NCBI GenBank assembly: GCA_963758495.1
Contig: CAVWVI010000004.1
Location: 960,001 to 1,024,000 of the forward strand
Source: Oligoflexia bacterium
Lineage (GTDB): Bacteria > Bdellovibrionota > UBA1018
Direction of reading: 5' to 3'
Length of the DNA stretch: 64,000 nt
Positions 53,017 through 64,000 of this stretch are shown piece after piece. Each line of letters begins with the position of its first letter. Positions within the stretch are counted from its first letter, which is position 1. A program made the position numbers and the translations under genes. The notes under the pieces were generated by a model. It worked only from the letters and a program-made list of their open reading frames with translations, did no database searches and had not been told where the DNA came from.

Positions 53017-56000
53017 CTATTTGAACCTCTTTTGAAATTTTAAATCTAATCCAAATGAACTTTGATTAGCTTGAGCGTCAGCAGTACCAATCGCAGTTCC
53101 ATAATTATTAAAAACCCCTGAGAGCGAGACATTTTGATCCACTAAATAGTCCATATTAACCTGATTGGACCTGGCCGTCCCCACTCCGACTGTGCTGCCC
53201 GCTGATACACTGAGTCTATCTCCTAGCTTTCTCCGAATTGTAATCTGAGGGGCTGCAGTTTTATCGGATTGAGACTGCGGACGAAAGGCACTGACTCCTT
53301 GTTGAGGATTAATGGCTTCATCGAGCTGGACATGAAAGCCAGTCTTATCTTCAAGATCTCGATTAAAATCCAAAGAATGCAAGACAAGAGAAGCAGCCTC
53401 TCCCTGTTGAACCGTACTTAAGTCAGTGGCACTCAATTTTTTTGCATCTGCTGAAGTCAGCCCAACCGCGAGGAGAGACAATATTTCAGATTCTTGCATT
53501 GCAGGATTTGAAGTAAAATCTATTTTATTAATTTTATCAGGTCTTCCCGTAGCGTACATTCGAATTTTTACTCCATTCACCTCTGTATTCGCGCTGATAT
53601 CAAAACTTGGATTAATCACAGTGGGACTATCAAAGTTGACCGTGGCTGCCTGAATCTGAAAAACATGATCTTTAAACAACATTTTCCCTTGCGTAATCTC
53701 AAGCTTTCCGAGAATGCGGGGTGCGTCCAAAGTATTTACAAGAGTTAAATTTGCCTTGGCCTGGGCATCTTGAAAGAGATCATTCTGAATCAGAATACCA
53801 TGGGGAGCTTCTACCTCGACCTTTAATTTAAATTTTGGATAATTATTTTCTCCTTGCTTGCTCGGCGGTGGAGCATACTGAAGAGTTTTTAAACCCGCGC
53901 CGCTTTTCTTTTGATTCAATATTTTTTCTTTAGATAAAGCGGAATCAACCAGGACCTTGCCTTCAATCAAATAAGGTGGCTCTTCCCCATGAACAAAGAC
54001 ATTTCCACTTACTTTAGCATATTGCAAGGGATAGACTTTCACTTTAGAATTACTAAATACTCCCTTCAGAGAAATATCTGGATAAGTTTCAGCATTAAGC
54101 ACAATTCGTCCGTCTGTCGTAACTCTTCCCCCTCCTAAATCTGCCTGAACATTCTGAACACTTAAAATATTTTGCCTCAATTGTAATGTGCCCGTAATAT
54201 TCTCAATAGGTGAATCAAGAGATGAAAGCCGAACGGCTCCCCCTTCCAAAGTAGCACGACCTAAAAGAGTCGGTGCTTTGATTTTCCCACCTATAATAAA
54301 ATCTAAATCTGAAGTCCCCATCGCTTGAGCAATTGAAGAACTAAAAAACTCTAACAATGAGTTGTCCAGTTGTCCTGATATTTTCCCCTCAAGTTGAGCA
54401 TTATTATTTTTTAGATCCAGCTTAATTTCTCCTGATTTGCCACGAACGCCAATGTCTTTTGCGTCAAAACTTCCATCTGAAATTTTGATCGTAAAAGGAT
54501 GAGAGAGCTCAAAACGAGTGTCTGAACGTGCCAATAGATATTCAGATATATTTAAAACACCACTGGAGCGTTCAATTTGACTGGAATGAAAACCTAGATT
54601 TAAAGTGCCAGAAAAATAACCCGCCAGCGAGGAATCTTGAATGGATTTTGGATTAAGTAATAAGAGAATAGACGAAAAATCTAATTGTTTGAATTGAGCT
54701 CGAATATAACTGCTTGCTTCAGGATTAAAATCATAGGAAGCATCTAAAATACCCTGCCCCCCCATTGCCGTGCCCTGTACGTTAAGAATACCCTTTTCGG
54801 TTTTAATAGAAAGGCTACTTGAAGGTACGGAAAGTCCTCGCACTGTAAAATCCGTTAAATCAAGTTGTGTATCTGACTGAATTTTTCCCTCCATACCTTC
54901 TCCAGAAGTTCGGAGGTTTAATTTTCCACGAATAGGAACATCTAAATGTGCAATATAGTCAAAATCACTAATCACCATATCCTGAGTTTTAAGGTCCCAG
55001 TCCATTTTCCGGTTTTCATCATAGGAAATCCGTCCCATCACTTTTCCGGAATGTTTGGTCCCGCTAAAGTGATCTAAATAGTATTTTCCCCGATCGTACC
55101 CACCCATGAGTTGAACCGTACGAAAATTTTCCCTCAAATATTCCCAATTTGTCCCTTTCAACTCACTGACTATTTGTAATTTATTGAGAGCAATTCCTCC
55201 ACCTACTTTGAGAGTTCCGCTAAATAAGCCATTGAGCGAATGAGGGAACCAACTGATGGGATGAGTTAAATTTTTAAATATTTGTATAAAATCTTGGATA
55301 TCTCCCTTTTCCACCTGAACCAGTAGGTCGACAGTGTCCGCCTGATCCAGATCTAAACCTCCTTCTACAGTATAGACAGTGGTATTCTTTACCAGTCGAG
55401 CATTGCTAAAAAGTAATTTTGAAGGCTGATCATCCCAAGTAATCCTACCTTTTAGATCTCCCAAAAATAAATGAAGGTAATAGGCATCTTTAACATCTGC
55501 ATCAATATCTATTAAAACCCGAGAAGTCGGACCATGAGCATAGAGTTTAATGGAGCCTTTGCCTCGAATATCATTTTCAGCAATTTGGCCTAAGTTTTCA
55601 AAATTGACTAACCCGTTGGCATGTAAATCATAACCTTTTTTAAAATCTATTTTCCCATTAATTTGCAGTTTTGACTGAAGAAGACTCAGTGCGAGCCCAT
55701 CCAAATAAATACCATTCTGATTGATCAGTGCAGGCCCAGCCACTCCAATATGGGGAATCCGGAAAACCGCATTGAGCGGTTTTATTTTACGATATTTCTG
55801 ATTGTCTAACTGAAATCGGTCAATCCTTGTCTTTAAATTCGCGTGAACTTCCCAAGATGAATTTTTCGTCATGGGTACTAAGGTTGCAGAAATGTCTCCG
55901 TTCAAACGAAAGTCCAGAGGATAGACTTGAGCGAGGGCGGGTCCGGCAAGCCAATGGATATGAGCATGTTCAATATGAAGAGGGACTTGAATGCGATCAG

Positions 56001-57180
56001 AAGAACCCAATGCCCACTTCAGGGGGCCCACTTCGATTCTCCCCCCTCCCCCTGGCTGAAATCCACCTACTCTAGGTCGCTCAGTGGACTCCACAATCGC
56101 CTTAACAAGCTCTATTTCACCCCCATTCGCGCCTCCATCCCAGCGAAGACTGGCCTGAATTCGATCGGCCGTCCACTTTTGAAAGGAAAACTGATCAATG
56201 ATCAGTTTTCCCTCTGCTCGTATCGAACTCAATTTTTTATCGACCTTTCCTTCAACCTTCCCTTCAAATGTACAAACTCCTCCAAGCAACGTCGGTAAAT
56301 GCAGAGGGTAGGATTTGTAAATTTTTTCTTTGTAAAGTTTTTCAAGGTCACCCTTAAATTTTACAGAGAAATCTGCAATGAGGTCCTTAAACTCCAGTGG
56401 ATTACCTTTAAACTGTCCAGTAGTTGAAGCATCTATGCCTGGCATTGAAACTGTAAAGGACTCGACCCGTATTCCCATAGCATTTACGAAGGCTTCTCCC
56501 GAAATCGTTTCAATTGCTAATTCTGGTATTAATCCTGATAGTCCTCCTTGAAGCATGAGTTTTTGTAAATAACTACCGTGAACCTGATTCAAATTGACCT
56601 GGATAGAGTATCCCAAACCTCCACGTCCAGCGCGTTGAGCCACTCGCAGAGTCTTTGCATTTGCCTCAATCGAACGATTCTCTCCTGATAACTCAACATT
56701 CAAATGAACATTCTCAAAACCCACCCCTTCTGCATGAATTTGAAAAAGCTCATCCCAATGAAGATCTAACTTCGTTAAGGGGTGCGGAGTAGATTTCTTC
56801 TGCAGCACTGAAGAATTCAAGACGAGCTTGATGTTGCCATTAGCTACGGTCACTTCGTGTACTCGAATATCGCCTGAAAACATTTGCAAGGGTCGGAACT
56901 CGAAATCTATCCTTTCCGCTACAATAGATGAACCTGCTGGCAGGTTGGCAAAATTATGTTTACCAATACTGAGTTTTGGATTTCGAATTGAAAAGCCAGG
57001 TGGAAATAATTTAATCGAGAGTTCAGAAAAATCACCTTCGATCCCCATATCATGAGGAAGATAACGAGAGGCAACTACTTTAAGAATTTGCGCAAACTGA
57101 GGACTTTGAATAAACCAAAGCGCTCCTGTCACCAGAGCACTGACAGTCAGGGCGAAAGCTAAAAAAGGCCGCTTGATCAT
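53017..57180 (-). CDS. tamB: TamB/AsmA-like translocation and assembly module protein
   Basis: 1387 aa, N-terminal anchor, beta-rich, TSNPAMQESEILSLL in the DUF490-like region; adjacent to Omp85. Confidence 0.85.
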   Translation of the reverse strand: MIKRPFLAFALTVSALVTGALWFIQSPQFAQILKVVASRYLPHDMGIEGDFSELSIKLFPPGFSIRNPKLSIGKHNFANLPAGSSIVAERIDFEFRPLQMFSGDIRVHEVTVANGNIKLVLNSSVLQKKSTPHPLTKLDLHWDELFQIHAEGVGFENVHLNVELSGENRSIEANAKTLRVAQRAGRGGLGYSIQVNLNQVHGSYLQKLMLQGGLSGLIPELAIETISGEAFVNAMGIRVESFTVSMPGIDASTTGQFKGNPLEFKDLIADFSVKFKGDLEKLYKEKIYKSYPLHLPTLLGGVCTFEGKVEGKVDKKLSSIRAEGKLIIDQFSFQKWTADRIQASLRWDGGANGGEIELVKAIVESTERPRVGGFQPGGGGRIEVGPLKWALGSSDRIQVPLHIEHAHIHWLAGPALAQVYPLDFRLNGDISATLVPMTKNSSWEVHANLKTRIDRFQLDNQKYRKIKPLNAVFRIPHIGVAGPALINQNGIYLDGLALSLLQSKLQINGKIDFKKGYDLHANGLVNFENLGQIAENDIRGKGSIKLYAHGPTSRVLIDIDADVKDAYYLHLFLGDLKGRITWDDQPSKLLFSNARLVKNTTVYTVEGGLDLDQADTVDLLVQVEKGDIQDFIQIFKNLTHPISWFPHSLNGLFSGTLKVGGGIALNKLQIVSELKGTNWEYLRENFRTVQLMGGYDRGKYYLDHFSGTKHSGKVMGRISYDENRKMDWDLKTQDMVISDFDYIAHLDVPIRGKLNLRTSGEGMEGKIQSDTQLDLTDFTVRGLSVPSSSLSIKTEKGILNVQGTAMGGQGILDASYDFNPEASSYIRAQFKQLDFSSILLLLNPKSIQDSSLAGYFSGTLNLGFHSSQIERSSGVLNISEYLLARSDTRFELSHPFTIKISDGSFDAKDIGVRGKSGEIKLDLKNNNAQLEGKISGQLDNSLLEFFSSSIAQAMGTSDLDFIIGGKIKAPTLLGRATLEGGAVRLSSLDSPIENITGTLQLRQNILSVQNVQADLGGGRVTTDGRIVLNAETYPDISLKGVFSNSKVKVYPLQYAKVSGNVFVHGEEPPYLIEGKVLVDSALSKEKILNQKKSGAGLKTLQYAPPPSKQGENNYPKFKLKVEVEAPHGILIQNDLFQDAQAKANLTLVNTLDAPRILGKLEITQGKMLFKDHVFQIQAATVNFDSPTVINPSFDISANTEVNGVKIRMYATGRPDKINKIDFTSNPAMQESEILSLLAVGLTSADAKKLSATDLSTVQQGEAASLVLHSLDFNRDLEDKTGFHVQLDEAINPQQGVSAFRPQSQSDKTAAPQITIRRKLGDRLSVSAGSTVGVGTARSNQVNMDYLVDQNVSLSGVFNNYGTAIGTADAQANQSSFGLDLKFQKRFK

Positions 57181-57187
57181 CTTTGCC

Positions 57188-58105
57188 TTAAAAATGCTCT
57201 TTACGCAACCGCTGTTCAGTATCCCTATAATGGGGATCGGTTTTTAATACTTGTTTGTAATATTGAAAGGCGAGGTCTCTTTTATTCATACATTCATAAG
57301 TACGTCCCATGAGGTAGAAAAGTTCAATTTTATTCTCTAATTTTATTTCAGCGTCCCTCAGTAGCGGCTGAATTCTGGATACAGCTTCTAATGGACGATC
57401 TGCAAGAATCAATGACAATGCCAATAATCCGTTTATAGAAAGACAAATTTCACTTCCACTTGAAATACTTTGGTCTAAGTGACGACTCGCTCCCATAAAC
57501 AGTCGGACTGCTATAGAATAAAGTTCCATTTCCAAAAAAGCGATGCCCAGATCAATCCAATCTTGAATAGATGCTGTTGATAAATCTTTTTCTAATTTAC
57601 TTATAAATGAATTCATCAATTCGGGATCTTGAAATAAGGTCAGTTGGTCCATTGGCACTCTCATGCCCAATTTCAAATCTTCATCCAATTGACGAATCAC
57701 CCACTCAGAGTCATATTCAACTAAAACCGGGTCAGACTTTCTTCGAAAAGGTCGATGAATTTCTTCTTCAGAAAAAATTTGCTTCAATTCAATCTCATGG
57801 ATTTGATCCAGTAGTTTTCTCGCATTCGCATTACCCGCATCAGCAATGAGTATTTGACGCAAAACTCTTTTAGCTTCCTCAGTCAACCCCTCACTCACAA
57901 GAATCTTGGCACTTTGAAAGAGGTCTGCAACGCCACCTTGAAGCTCCGCTGGGTTAACAGCAGGCTTCATAGCAGGCGCCAGAGCATTCTTCTCGGAATG
58001 CTTTCTTATACCTGGAATGACTGCAGTTTTTTCGAGAAGATCGTCTCCTAAATCAACGCGCGTGGCATCGGCTGCCTCAAATGAAGAATCTTGTTCATCA
58101 ATCAT
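57188..58105 (-). CDS. Tetratricopeptide-repeat protein
   Basis: DLGIAFLEMELY, YLMGRTYE...DPHYRD. Confidence 0.75.
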   Translation of the reverse strand: MIDEQDSSFEAADATRVDLGDDLLEKTAVIPGIRKHSEKNALAPAMKPAVNPAELQGGVADLFQSAKILVSEGLTEEAKRVLRQILIADAGNANARKLLDQIHEIELKQIFSEEEIHRPFRRKSDPVLVEYDSEWVIRQLDEDLKLGMRVPMDQLTLFQDPELMNSFISKLEKDLSTASIQDWIDLGIAFLEMELYSIAVRLFMGASRHLDQSISSGSEICLSINGLLALSLILADRPLEAVSRIQPLLRDAEIKLENKIELFYLMGRTYECMNKRDLAFQYYKQVLKTDPHYRDTEQRLRKEHF

Positions 58106-58120
58106 CGGATATATTGAATT

Positions 58121-59488
58121 TTACTCGTATTTTGGGAGAAACTCTTCCAAAAAATGCGTATCGTAGTCCGCATCTCTGAATTTTTTGCTAGCAAGGATCT
58201 TTTTCTGGAATGGGATATTCGTTTTAATCCCTTCCACGACAAATTCGTCTAATGCTTGACGCATTTTAGCAATTGCGTCAGTACGAGTCGGTGCATGAAC
58301 GATCAGTTTAGCGATCATGGAGTCATAAAACGGTAAAACCTTGTACTGATCATAGACAAAAGAGTCAACGCGCACCCCAAAACCACCGGGAACATGGAGA
58401 CCTGTAATTTTCCCAGGGGATGGAGCAAATCGCTCAGGATCTTCTGCATTAATTCGGCATTCTATTGCATGAGATTGAGTTTTTATATCTGACTGTTTAA
58501 TTTTTAGAGGAATGCCAGCAGCCGAGCGGATCTGTTCTTTAATTAAATCGATTCCTGTCACCATTTCTGTAACAGGGTGTTCGACCTGAATTCGAGTATT
58601 CATCTCCATAAAATAGAATTTCTTATCCTTATTATCGACCAGAAATTCTACTGTCCCTACATTTTCATAATTCACAGACTTACAAAGCTTCAGTGCCGCC
58701 TCACTCATAGTGAAGCGCAACGCTTCATCTACGACAGGACTTGGAGACTCTTCTAACATCTTTTGATGTCTTCTTTGAATGGTACAATCTCTCTCTCCTA
58801 AAGAGATCCGATTTCCGTGTTGATCACATAACACTTGAATTTCAACGTGCCGTGGGTTTTCACAATACTTTTCTAAATACATAGAAGAGTTTCCGAAAGC
58901 TGCTCCTGCCTCTGAACTGACACGATCAAAACAGGCTCTCAGCTGCGAAGAATCATAAACGATATGAATTCCACGCCCCCCTCCTCCTGCCGCTGCTTTC
59001 AAAATCACCGGGTAGCCAATCTTATTTGCTTCTTCTAATGCAGCTGACAAATCAGGCACGGATGAGATTGTTCCAGGAAGAAGCGGGACCCCTGCTTCAA
59101 GCGCAATAGCTCGAGCACGTGTTTTTTCCCCCATAGATAAAATATTGGAAGTGGTAGGTCCTATAAATGTGATCTTGCACTCAGCACAAAGTCTTGCAAA
59201 TTCAGCATTTTCTGAAAGAAATCCATAACCTGGATGAATCGCATCAGCTTCAGTAATATCAGCAGCAGAAAGAATATTCGCTATATTCAGATAACTCAGT
59301 TTTGATTGTGCAGGACCAATACATACGGCCTCGTCCGCCAATTTAACATGGAGCGAATGCACATCTGCAACTGAATACACCGCCACAGTCGAGATCCCGA
59401 GTTCGCGACAGGCACGAATCACCCGAAGAGCGATTTCTCCACGATTCGCAATAAGCACTTTTCTAAAAAGAGGTTGAATTGCTGTCAT
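58121..59488 (-). CDS. accC: Acetyl-CoA carboxylase biotin carboxylase
   Basis: [27 protein letters not shown]. Confidence 0.96.
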   Translation of the reverse strand: MTAIQPLFRKVLIANRGEIALRVIRACRELGISTVAVYSVADVHSLHVKLADEAVCIGPAQSKLSYLNIANILSAADITEADAIHPGYGFLSENAEFARLCAECKITFIGPTTSNILSMGEKTRARAIALEAGVPLLPGTISSVPDLSAALEEANKIGYPVILKAAAGGGGRGIHIVYDSSQLRACFDRVSSEAGAAFGNSSMYLEKYCENPRHVEIQVLCDQHGNRISLGERDCTIQRRHQKMLEESPSPVVDEALRFTMSEAALKLCKSVNYENVGTVEFLVDNKDKKFYFMEMNTRIQVEHPVTEMVTGIDLIKEQIRSAAGIPLKIKQSDIKTQSHAIECRINAEDPERFAPSPGKITGLHVPGGFGVRVDSFVYDQYKVLPFYDSMIAKLIVHAPTRTDAIAKMRQALDEFVVEGIKTNIPFQKKILASKKFRDADYDTHFLEEFLPKYE

Positions 59489-59526
59489 TCTTAATCTTTG
59501 GCCCGAAAGTGGGTTGATCTCATTTT

Positions 59527-60066
59527 TTAAGGCTCAATAATAAAGAGCGGCTCACCGAATTCCACGGCTTGACCATTTTCTACAAGGATAGATACCACTT
59601 TACCAGGGAATTCGGCTTCTATCTCATTCATTAACTTCATGGCTTCAATAATACAGAGTACGTCTCCCCTTTTTACCATCTGACCTTCTCTGATATAAGG
59701 ATCAGAATCTGGAGAAGGCGATCGATAAAATGTTCCAACAAAGGGAGAGGTGACCTGCTTCTGAGTGCTATTGACTGCCGCCAATGGTGCAGGAGTAGAC
59801 GGACCTCCAGGATGAGATATTTTAGCCGACTGTGAGAGACTCTCTTGCACGGCGCGATGGTGAGCAAAAGAAGGTGGTTCTGAGGATGTCAGATTGGCCC
59901 AAGTTTTAAGCTTTAAGCGCTCTCCGCCTTTTTCCCATTCTAATTCGGTAACTTCATGCTTTTCCATCAGCAGCAAGATTTTCTCAAGATGCTGTAAATC
60001 AGCCTGACCCTCTTTAAGATTTGAATTCTTTTTCCGTGAATCCCGCTTTATTACCGACTTAGCCAC
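59527..60066 (-). CDS. accB: Biotin carboxyl carrier protein
   Basis: [20 protein letters not shown]. Confidence 0.96.
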   Translation of the reverse strand: MAKSVIKRDSRKKNSNLKEGQADLQHLEKILLLMEKHEVTELEWEKGGERLKLKTWANLTSSEPPSFAHHRAVQESLSQSAKISHPGGPSTPAPLAAVNSTQKQVTSPFVGTFYRSPSPDSDPYIREGQMVKRGDVLCIIEAMKLMNEIEAEFPGKVVSILVENGQAVEFGEPLFIIEP

Positions 60067-60067
60067 G

Positions 60068-60631
60068 TTACTTGTTCGCCTTTTCTACGTATTTATAGTC
60101 ACGTGTATCCACTTTAATCAAATCGCCTTCCTTAAGGTGAAAAGGGACACCCACTGTTGCCCCCGTTTCTAATTTGGCAGGTTTTGAACCGCCTGTCACT
60201 GTATCTCCTCTAAAAGAGGGGTCAGTTTCTACGATTTTCAAAACAACAAAAGTGGGGAGTTCGACTCCAATGGGACGTTCGTTAAAATACATGATCTTAA
60301 TTGCTAAATTTTCTTGAAGAAAATCTTTAGCTGCGCCAAGAGCTTCTTCAGAGAGGGTTACTTGTTCGTAATTAGCATTATTCATGAAGTTATAGCCAGC
60401 CGCATCCTTATAAAGGAATTGCATTTCCTTTTCTTCCGTATTGGCTCTATCTAACTTATCTCCAGAAGTAATCGTTCTTTCGATCACATTTTGATTCAAC
60501 ATATTTTTAAGCTTGGTACGAGTAAAAGCCCGCCCTTTTCCTGGGCTAACATGCTGGAAATCAACTATCTCGAAGGGAACACCATCTATCTCTACTTTGA
60601 GACCTTTGCGAAACTGATTTGTTGCGTACAT
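60068..60631 (-). CDS. efp: Elongation factor P
   Basis: [22 protein letters not shown] 60631. Confidence 0.96.
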   Translation of the reverse strand: MYATNQFRKGLKVEIDGVPFEIVDFQHVSPGKGRAFTRTKLKNMLNQNVIERTITSGDKLDRANTEEKEMQFLYKDAAGYNFMNNANYEQVTLSEEALGAAKDFLQENLAIKIMYFNERPIGVELPTFVVLKIVETDPSFRGDTVTGGSKPAKLETGATVGVPFHLKEGDLIKVDTRDYKYVEKANK

Positions 60632-60689
60632 AATCCCATTGGTAACCGAGACAGGCCGGCGTGTCAACGCAATCAAGACAGGATAAAAC

Positions 60690-61313
60690 TCAATCGCTTG
60701 CGCTCACTGGATGGAGTGTTCGATACCGCTCAACTTTTTGAAGTAAAACCTGTAGCCTTTCAATCTTCTTCACTTTTTTACTGCGCATAGAATCAGGATC
60801 TTCTTCTATAGCTCTCTGCGCTGATCGTACGTCAAACTGAGGAATGGGTTGAGGGTCAACACGTAATACAAGAGTCCCCTTTTCATAGGCCTGAGCCTCA
60901 AGCTCGTGCACCAATTGGGCAGTTTCAGTATCTTGAGGTGAAAAGTAAAGAAGCATTTTGTAGGCGCTCAAAGCTTCTGCAATCTGGCCAAGTATGAGGT
61001 AAGAATCCGCTAAAAGTTTTTGGGCCACCAAATTATCTGGAATATCCTGGACAATAGGCGACAATTCCTCAATGACTTCTGCATAGAGTTTTTTATCAAA
61101 AAAAGCTCTTGCCAATGCAACACGTCCACTCAAAAACTTGGGATGAAGCTTAAGCCCCTCCTGCGCTATACTGATAGCCTCATCAAACAAACCGGCTTTT
61201 CGATAGGCTTCCGCCAACGGCGCAAAAATACGGGAAGATGGATCTTCCTGAAATTTCTTTAAATAAGAATAAATGAGTGGGTGCTTTTGCTGACTTCCCA
61301 TAACCCCCGCCAT
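60690..61313 (-). CDS. Tetratricopeptide-repeat protein
   Basis: DPSSRIFAPLAEAYRKAG TPR pattern. Confidence 0.8.
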   Translation of the reverse strand: MAGVMGSQQKHPLIYSYLKKFQEDPSSRIFAPLAEAYRKAGLFDEAISIAQEGLKLHPKFLSGRVALARAFFDKKLYAEVIEELSPIVQDIPDNLVAQKLLADSYLILGQIAEALSAYKMLLYFSPQDTETAQLVHELEAQAYEKGTLVLRVDPQPIPQFDVRSAQRAIEEDPDSMRSKKVKKIERLQVLLQKVERYRTLHPVSASD

Positions 61314-63172
61314 TAGCTACTCAATCCGGCTTCTTTTGGATTTATAATTCTAGGAGTTACGAAAATGAAAAGCTCCGAGCGAGTTTGATCTGCAGAATCA
61401 TTTCCAAAAAGTGCACCAATAATAGGAAGGTGACGAAGAATGGGAAATCCAGAGGAACTATGATCTGTTTGCAAAGTATAGATTCCACCTATAACTAAAG
61501 TAGAGCCACTCTCCACTAGAACGGTCGTGGTCAAGTTTCGATTTCCAATTCCATTATTACCCCCTCCGAGTGCTTCAGGTATGTCTTTGGAGACATTTAA
61601 ATCCAACAATACACTTCCATCATTCGTTACGGTCGGTGTTACAGCTAAACTAATATTCGCCTGCTGTACGACTTGGGCAAGAGACGTGCCCACTCCAGCT
61701 ACAGTAGTCGTTGAGGGCACTAATACAGGAGTTCCTTCTACAATGGTGGCTTTCGATTTATTTAATACCACGGTTTTGGGAGATGAAACCACTTTTACTG
61801 AACTATCGCTTTCCCCCCAGCTCAAGACTGCATTCAATTTACTCACACCCGGTAGAAAACTCATGTCTGGAGAAATTCCAAACGTACCCACAGGAGTCCC
61901 TCCTGTAGGACTACTCAGACCAGATACTGCTGCGCCATTTGCAAAAACTCCCGGGGATCCAACCAGAGGATCGAGTGGATTGCCGCCAGCAAAGCTTGAA
62001 AGAAATTGATTTGAGCTGTTTGTTGTACTCAAGCCCAGACTCCCTCCTAATGATTTTGTAAATCCTTCCGTCGCTTCTACCACTTTTGCTTCAATCATCA
62101 CTTGAGGTGTTTGCGTATCCAAGATCTCAATCAACTTTTTCATTTTTTCTATATTGGTAATGGTATCACGGATCACTAGGCTATTCGTTCGATTATCGGC
62201 CTGAACAATCGAGGAAGTTCCTGAGGAGTCACCTCCTTTGGATGCCGCACCCTCCGATGCAAATCGGGTTAACATCGCTTGAAGATCAGCCAGCACGGCG
62301 TAGCTGATGGGAAAAACACGAGTGACTCGAGGGGCACTTGCCTCGAACGCTTGTTTTGCATTCAATTCCTCTTGTTTTTCTGCTGTCAAATTTTTCAAAG
62401 TCCCCACTCTGAGAATATTATTATTCCGCTCCGCACCTAAGTGAAGAGTGGTCAGTACGACATCAAGAGCTTGATCCCAAGGAACATCGACCAACGAAAG
62501 TGTCACCCTTCCTTTGACGTCATCACCCACAATCAAATTAAATCCGCTCGCTTCCCCTATCAATCTCAATACGTCCCCGACGTCTACATCTCGCACTTGA
62601 AGAGTGATAGGCTTTCCAGAAAATTTTTGAGCAGATTTACTTTCTACAAACTCCTCGAGATTTGTTTTTTCTGGAGCGGAGGCTGATGAAATGGAAGTAT
62701 CCACTGCTGCTTTATCCACTGCAGCTTTATCTGGTTCAGTTTTATCGGGGTTCTTATTTGGCTTTATATTTGAGTTTTTATTTGGGATTTTCACTTTTAA
62801 CGTATTCCCATCCTGAACCACATCTACAGAACCGGGCCCTCTCAACTGAATAATGACTCGAACTTGATCCGGGCTCCCTACCACTTGGTAAGGGCTGATC
62901 AAACTGACATTACTGTTAAATGAGGACGTGTCAATTTTTTGAGAATTGTATTTGGAGATCTTTGCACCATTGAGTTCAATCAGGATTTGATTATTCTGAA
63001 CATTCTCCTCTTTGACGTAAGTCACTGGACCATCCGTTTGAATGTCTACCTCATTCGGATCTGTAGTTCCCTTGAAATCAATCGCTGTTACTTGTGACGC
63101 CCCCCATGCAGATGAACTCGCTAGCACAGAGACAAAACTTAAATAGACGAAGCGCTGCATCCTGCAACTCAT
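61313..63172 (-). CDS. pilQ: Type IV pilus secretin PilQ
   Basis: AMIN-like N-terminus, VPWDQALD, QVMIEAKVVE, GSTLVIGG, ELFIFVTPRI; AAGGAGG SD. Confidence 0.93.
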   Translation of the reverse strand: MSCRMQRFVYLSFVSVLASSSAWGASQVTAIDFKGTTDPNEVDIQTDGPVTYVKEENVQNNQILIELNGAKISKYNSQKIDTSSFNSNVSLISPYQVVGSPDQVRVIIQLRGPGSVDVVQDGNTLKVKIPNKNSNIKPNKNPDKTEPDKAAVDKAAVDTSISSASAPEKTNLEEFVESKSAQKFSGKPITLQVRDVDVGDVLRLIGEASGFNLIVGDDVKGRVTLSLVDVPWDQALDVVLTTLHLGAERNNNILRVGTLKNLTAEKQEELNAKQAFEASAPRVTRVFPISYAVLADLQAMLTRFASEGAASKGGDSSGTSSIVQADNRTNSLVIRDTITNIEKMKKLIEILDTQTPQVMIEAKVVEATEGFTKSLGGSLGLSTTNSSNQFLSSFAGGNPLDPLVGSPGVFANGAAVSGLSSPTGGTPVGTFGISPDMSFLPGVSKLNAVLSWGESDSSVKVVSSPKTVVLNKSKATIVEGTPVLVPSTTTVAGVGTSLAQVVQQANISLAVTPTVTNDGSVLLDLNVSKDIPEALGGGNNGIGNRNLTTTVLVESGSTLVIGGIYTLQTDHSSSGFPILRHLPIIGALFGNDSADQTRSELFIFVTPRIINPKEAGLSS

Positions 63173-63182
63173 CTCAACCTCC

Positions 63183-63690
63183 TTATTTCGGTCCAACAGA
63201 CAAACTCTCTGGCGTGCTCGTTTGAGTAGCATCTTGGGTCTTATTTTCCGTAGGAAGCTGTAATAAACTGTCTACAGCCTCCTCGCTTCCCAAAACATTC
63301 ATGACCTTTTCCCTCACGTAAAGAGTATCTTGAGTAATTTTTCTTATAATGCCTCCTTTGAGGCCTATTTTTGCCTTTTCTACAGCAATATGGGTCTTGC
63401 CATCGGGAGATAAAACTAAAGCTCTTAAATGGTTTGGGCCGGTTAAAACTCCTATTAATTTATATTCACTTACCGAAAAGTGCTCTAGCTCTGTCTTAGG
63501 TGTTTTACTTTCTGAATGAATCTCCGGCATCACAAATGGATCGCGAAGTTTAGAAAATTCCTCTATTGCAGATTTAGCATCAAATCCATCCGGCGCACTG
63601 CCAGGAACAGAAACAGGAACAACACGGAATCGGGTCACCCGCGATCACAGCAGAGGAACTGGATAGCAGGAAAAGTATGAATCCAATCAT
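63183..63690 (-). CDS. pilP: Type IV pilus assembly protein PilP, +1 frameshift near 63624
   Basis: RDPF...LEHF....YKLIGVL...ALV...DG; ATG 63690 overlaps the pilO stop and starts a signal peptide in another frame. Confidence 0.8.
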
Positions 63691-64000
63691 GTCCCGCCCT
63701 TTGTTTGACTTTGAAGAGTATTATCGATTTTACTAGAGGACTTTTTCACTTCAGATGCGTTACTCAGACTATCTAGACTATCCGCTTTTGTCCCCAAATA
63801 TTTATAAGTTTTTAGTTCAATCGTCCCTTCCAATTCAACAAAACGGGCCGTTTTTGGCCCTCTAGGTTTCATGCTAAATTTATCTGTACGAATAATTTCT
63901 GAAACTTTGGAAATACGATCTAAAAACATAATAAATTGAACAAAAAGCCCTCGAAAAGACATTTCAAATGTCTTTTCAGCATAATATTCTTTTTCCTTTC
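63687..64000 (-). CDS. pilO: Type IV pilus assembly protein PilO (5' part outside the window)
   Basis: FLDRISKVSEII...KTYKY pattern directly upstream of pilP-pilQ. Confidence 0.75.
   Translation of the reverse strand, partial: KEKEYYAEKTFEMSFRGLFVQFIMFLDRISKVSEIIRTDKFSMKPRGPKTARFVELEGTIELKTYKYLGTKADSLDSLSNASEVKKSSSKIDNTLQSQTKGGT

Overview
A 64-kb stretch of bacterial chromosome. Gene content and order (CFI-box-CTERM protein plus beta-barrel next to truA/asd, short EF-Ts, TamB plus long Omp85, pilOPQ, no dxr in the frr-uppS-cdsA-rseP block) suggest Bdellovibrionota or a related lineage; this is inferred, not proven. The core backbone is hslO, groESL, tRNA-Phe, tig, truA, asd, pssA, tsaB-rseP-cdsA-uppS-frr-pyrH-tsf-rpsB, ribD, a CHASE2 kinase with a sigma54 regulator, rplM-rpsI, tamB/Omp85, accBC, efp and pilOPQ. 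Accessory material is interspersed. (i) A decayed island after tRNA-Phe (ArsC fragment, IS66, truncated FGE-like gene, AbiEi/AbiEii with operators). (ii) A plasmid-type (type Ia) parA-parB pair with two copies of a non-canonical sopC-like 16-bp palindrome and no rep gene. (iii) Two stand-alone AAA ATPases, one behind a duplicated 45-bp palindrome. (iv) An AT-rich patch with a secreted ankyrin/CE-clan cysteine protease, an IS4 remnant, a MITE and a nucleotidyltransferase-like/HTH pair. (v) A 144-bp palindromic element with GGA-loop hairpins. Several genes look leaderless. Scattered single-base frameshifts (groEL, pilP and others) probably reflect assembly indel errors. All calls come from reading motifs by eye; no searches were run.
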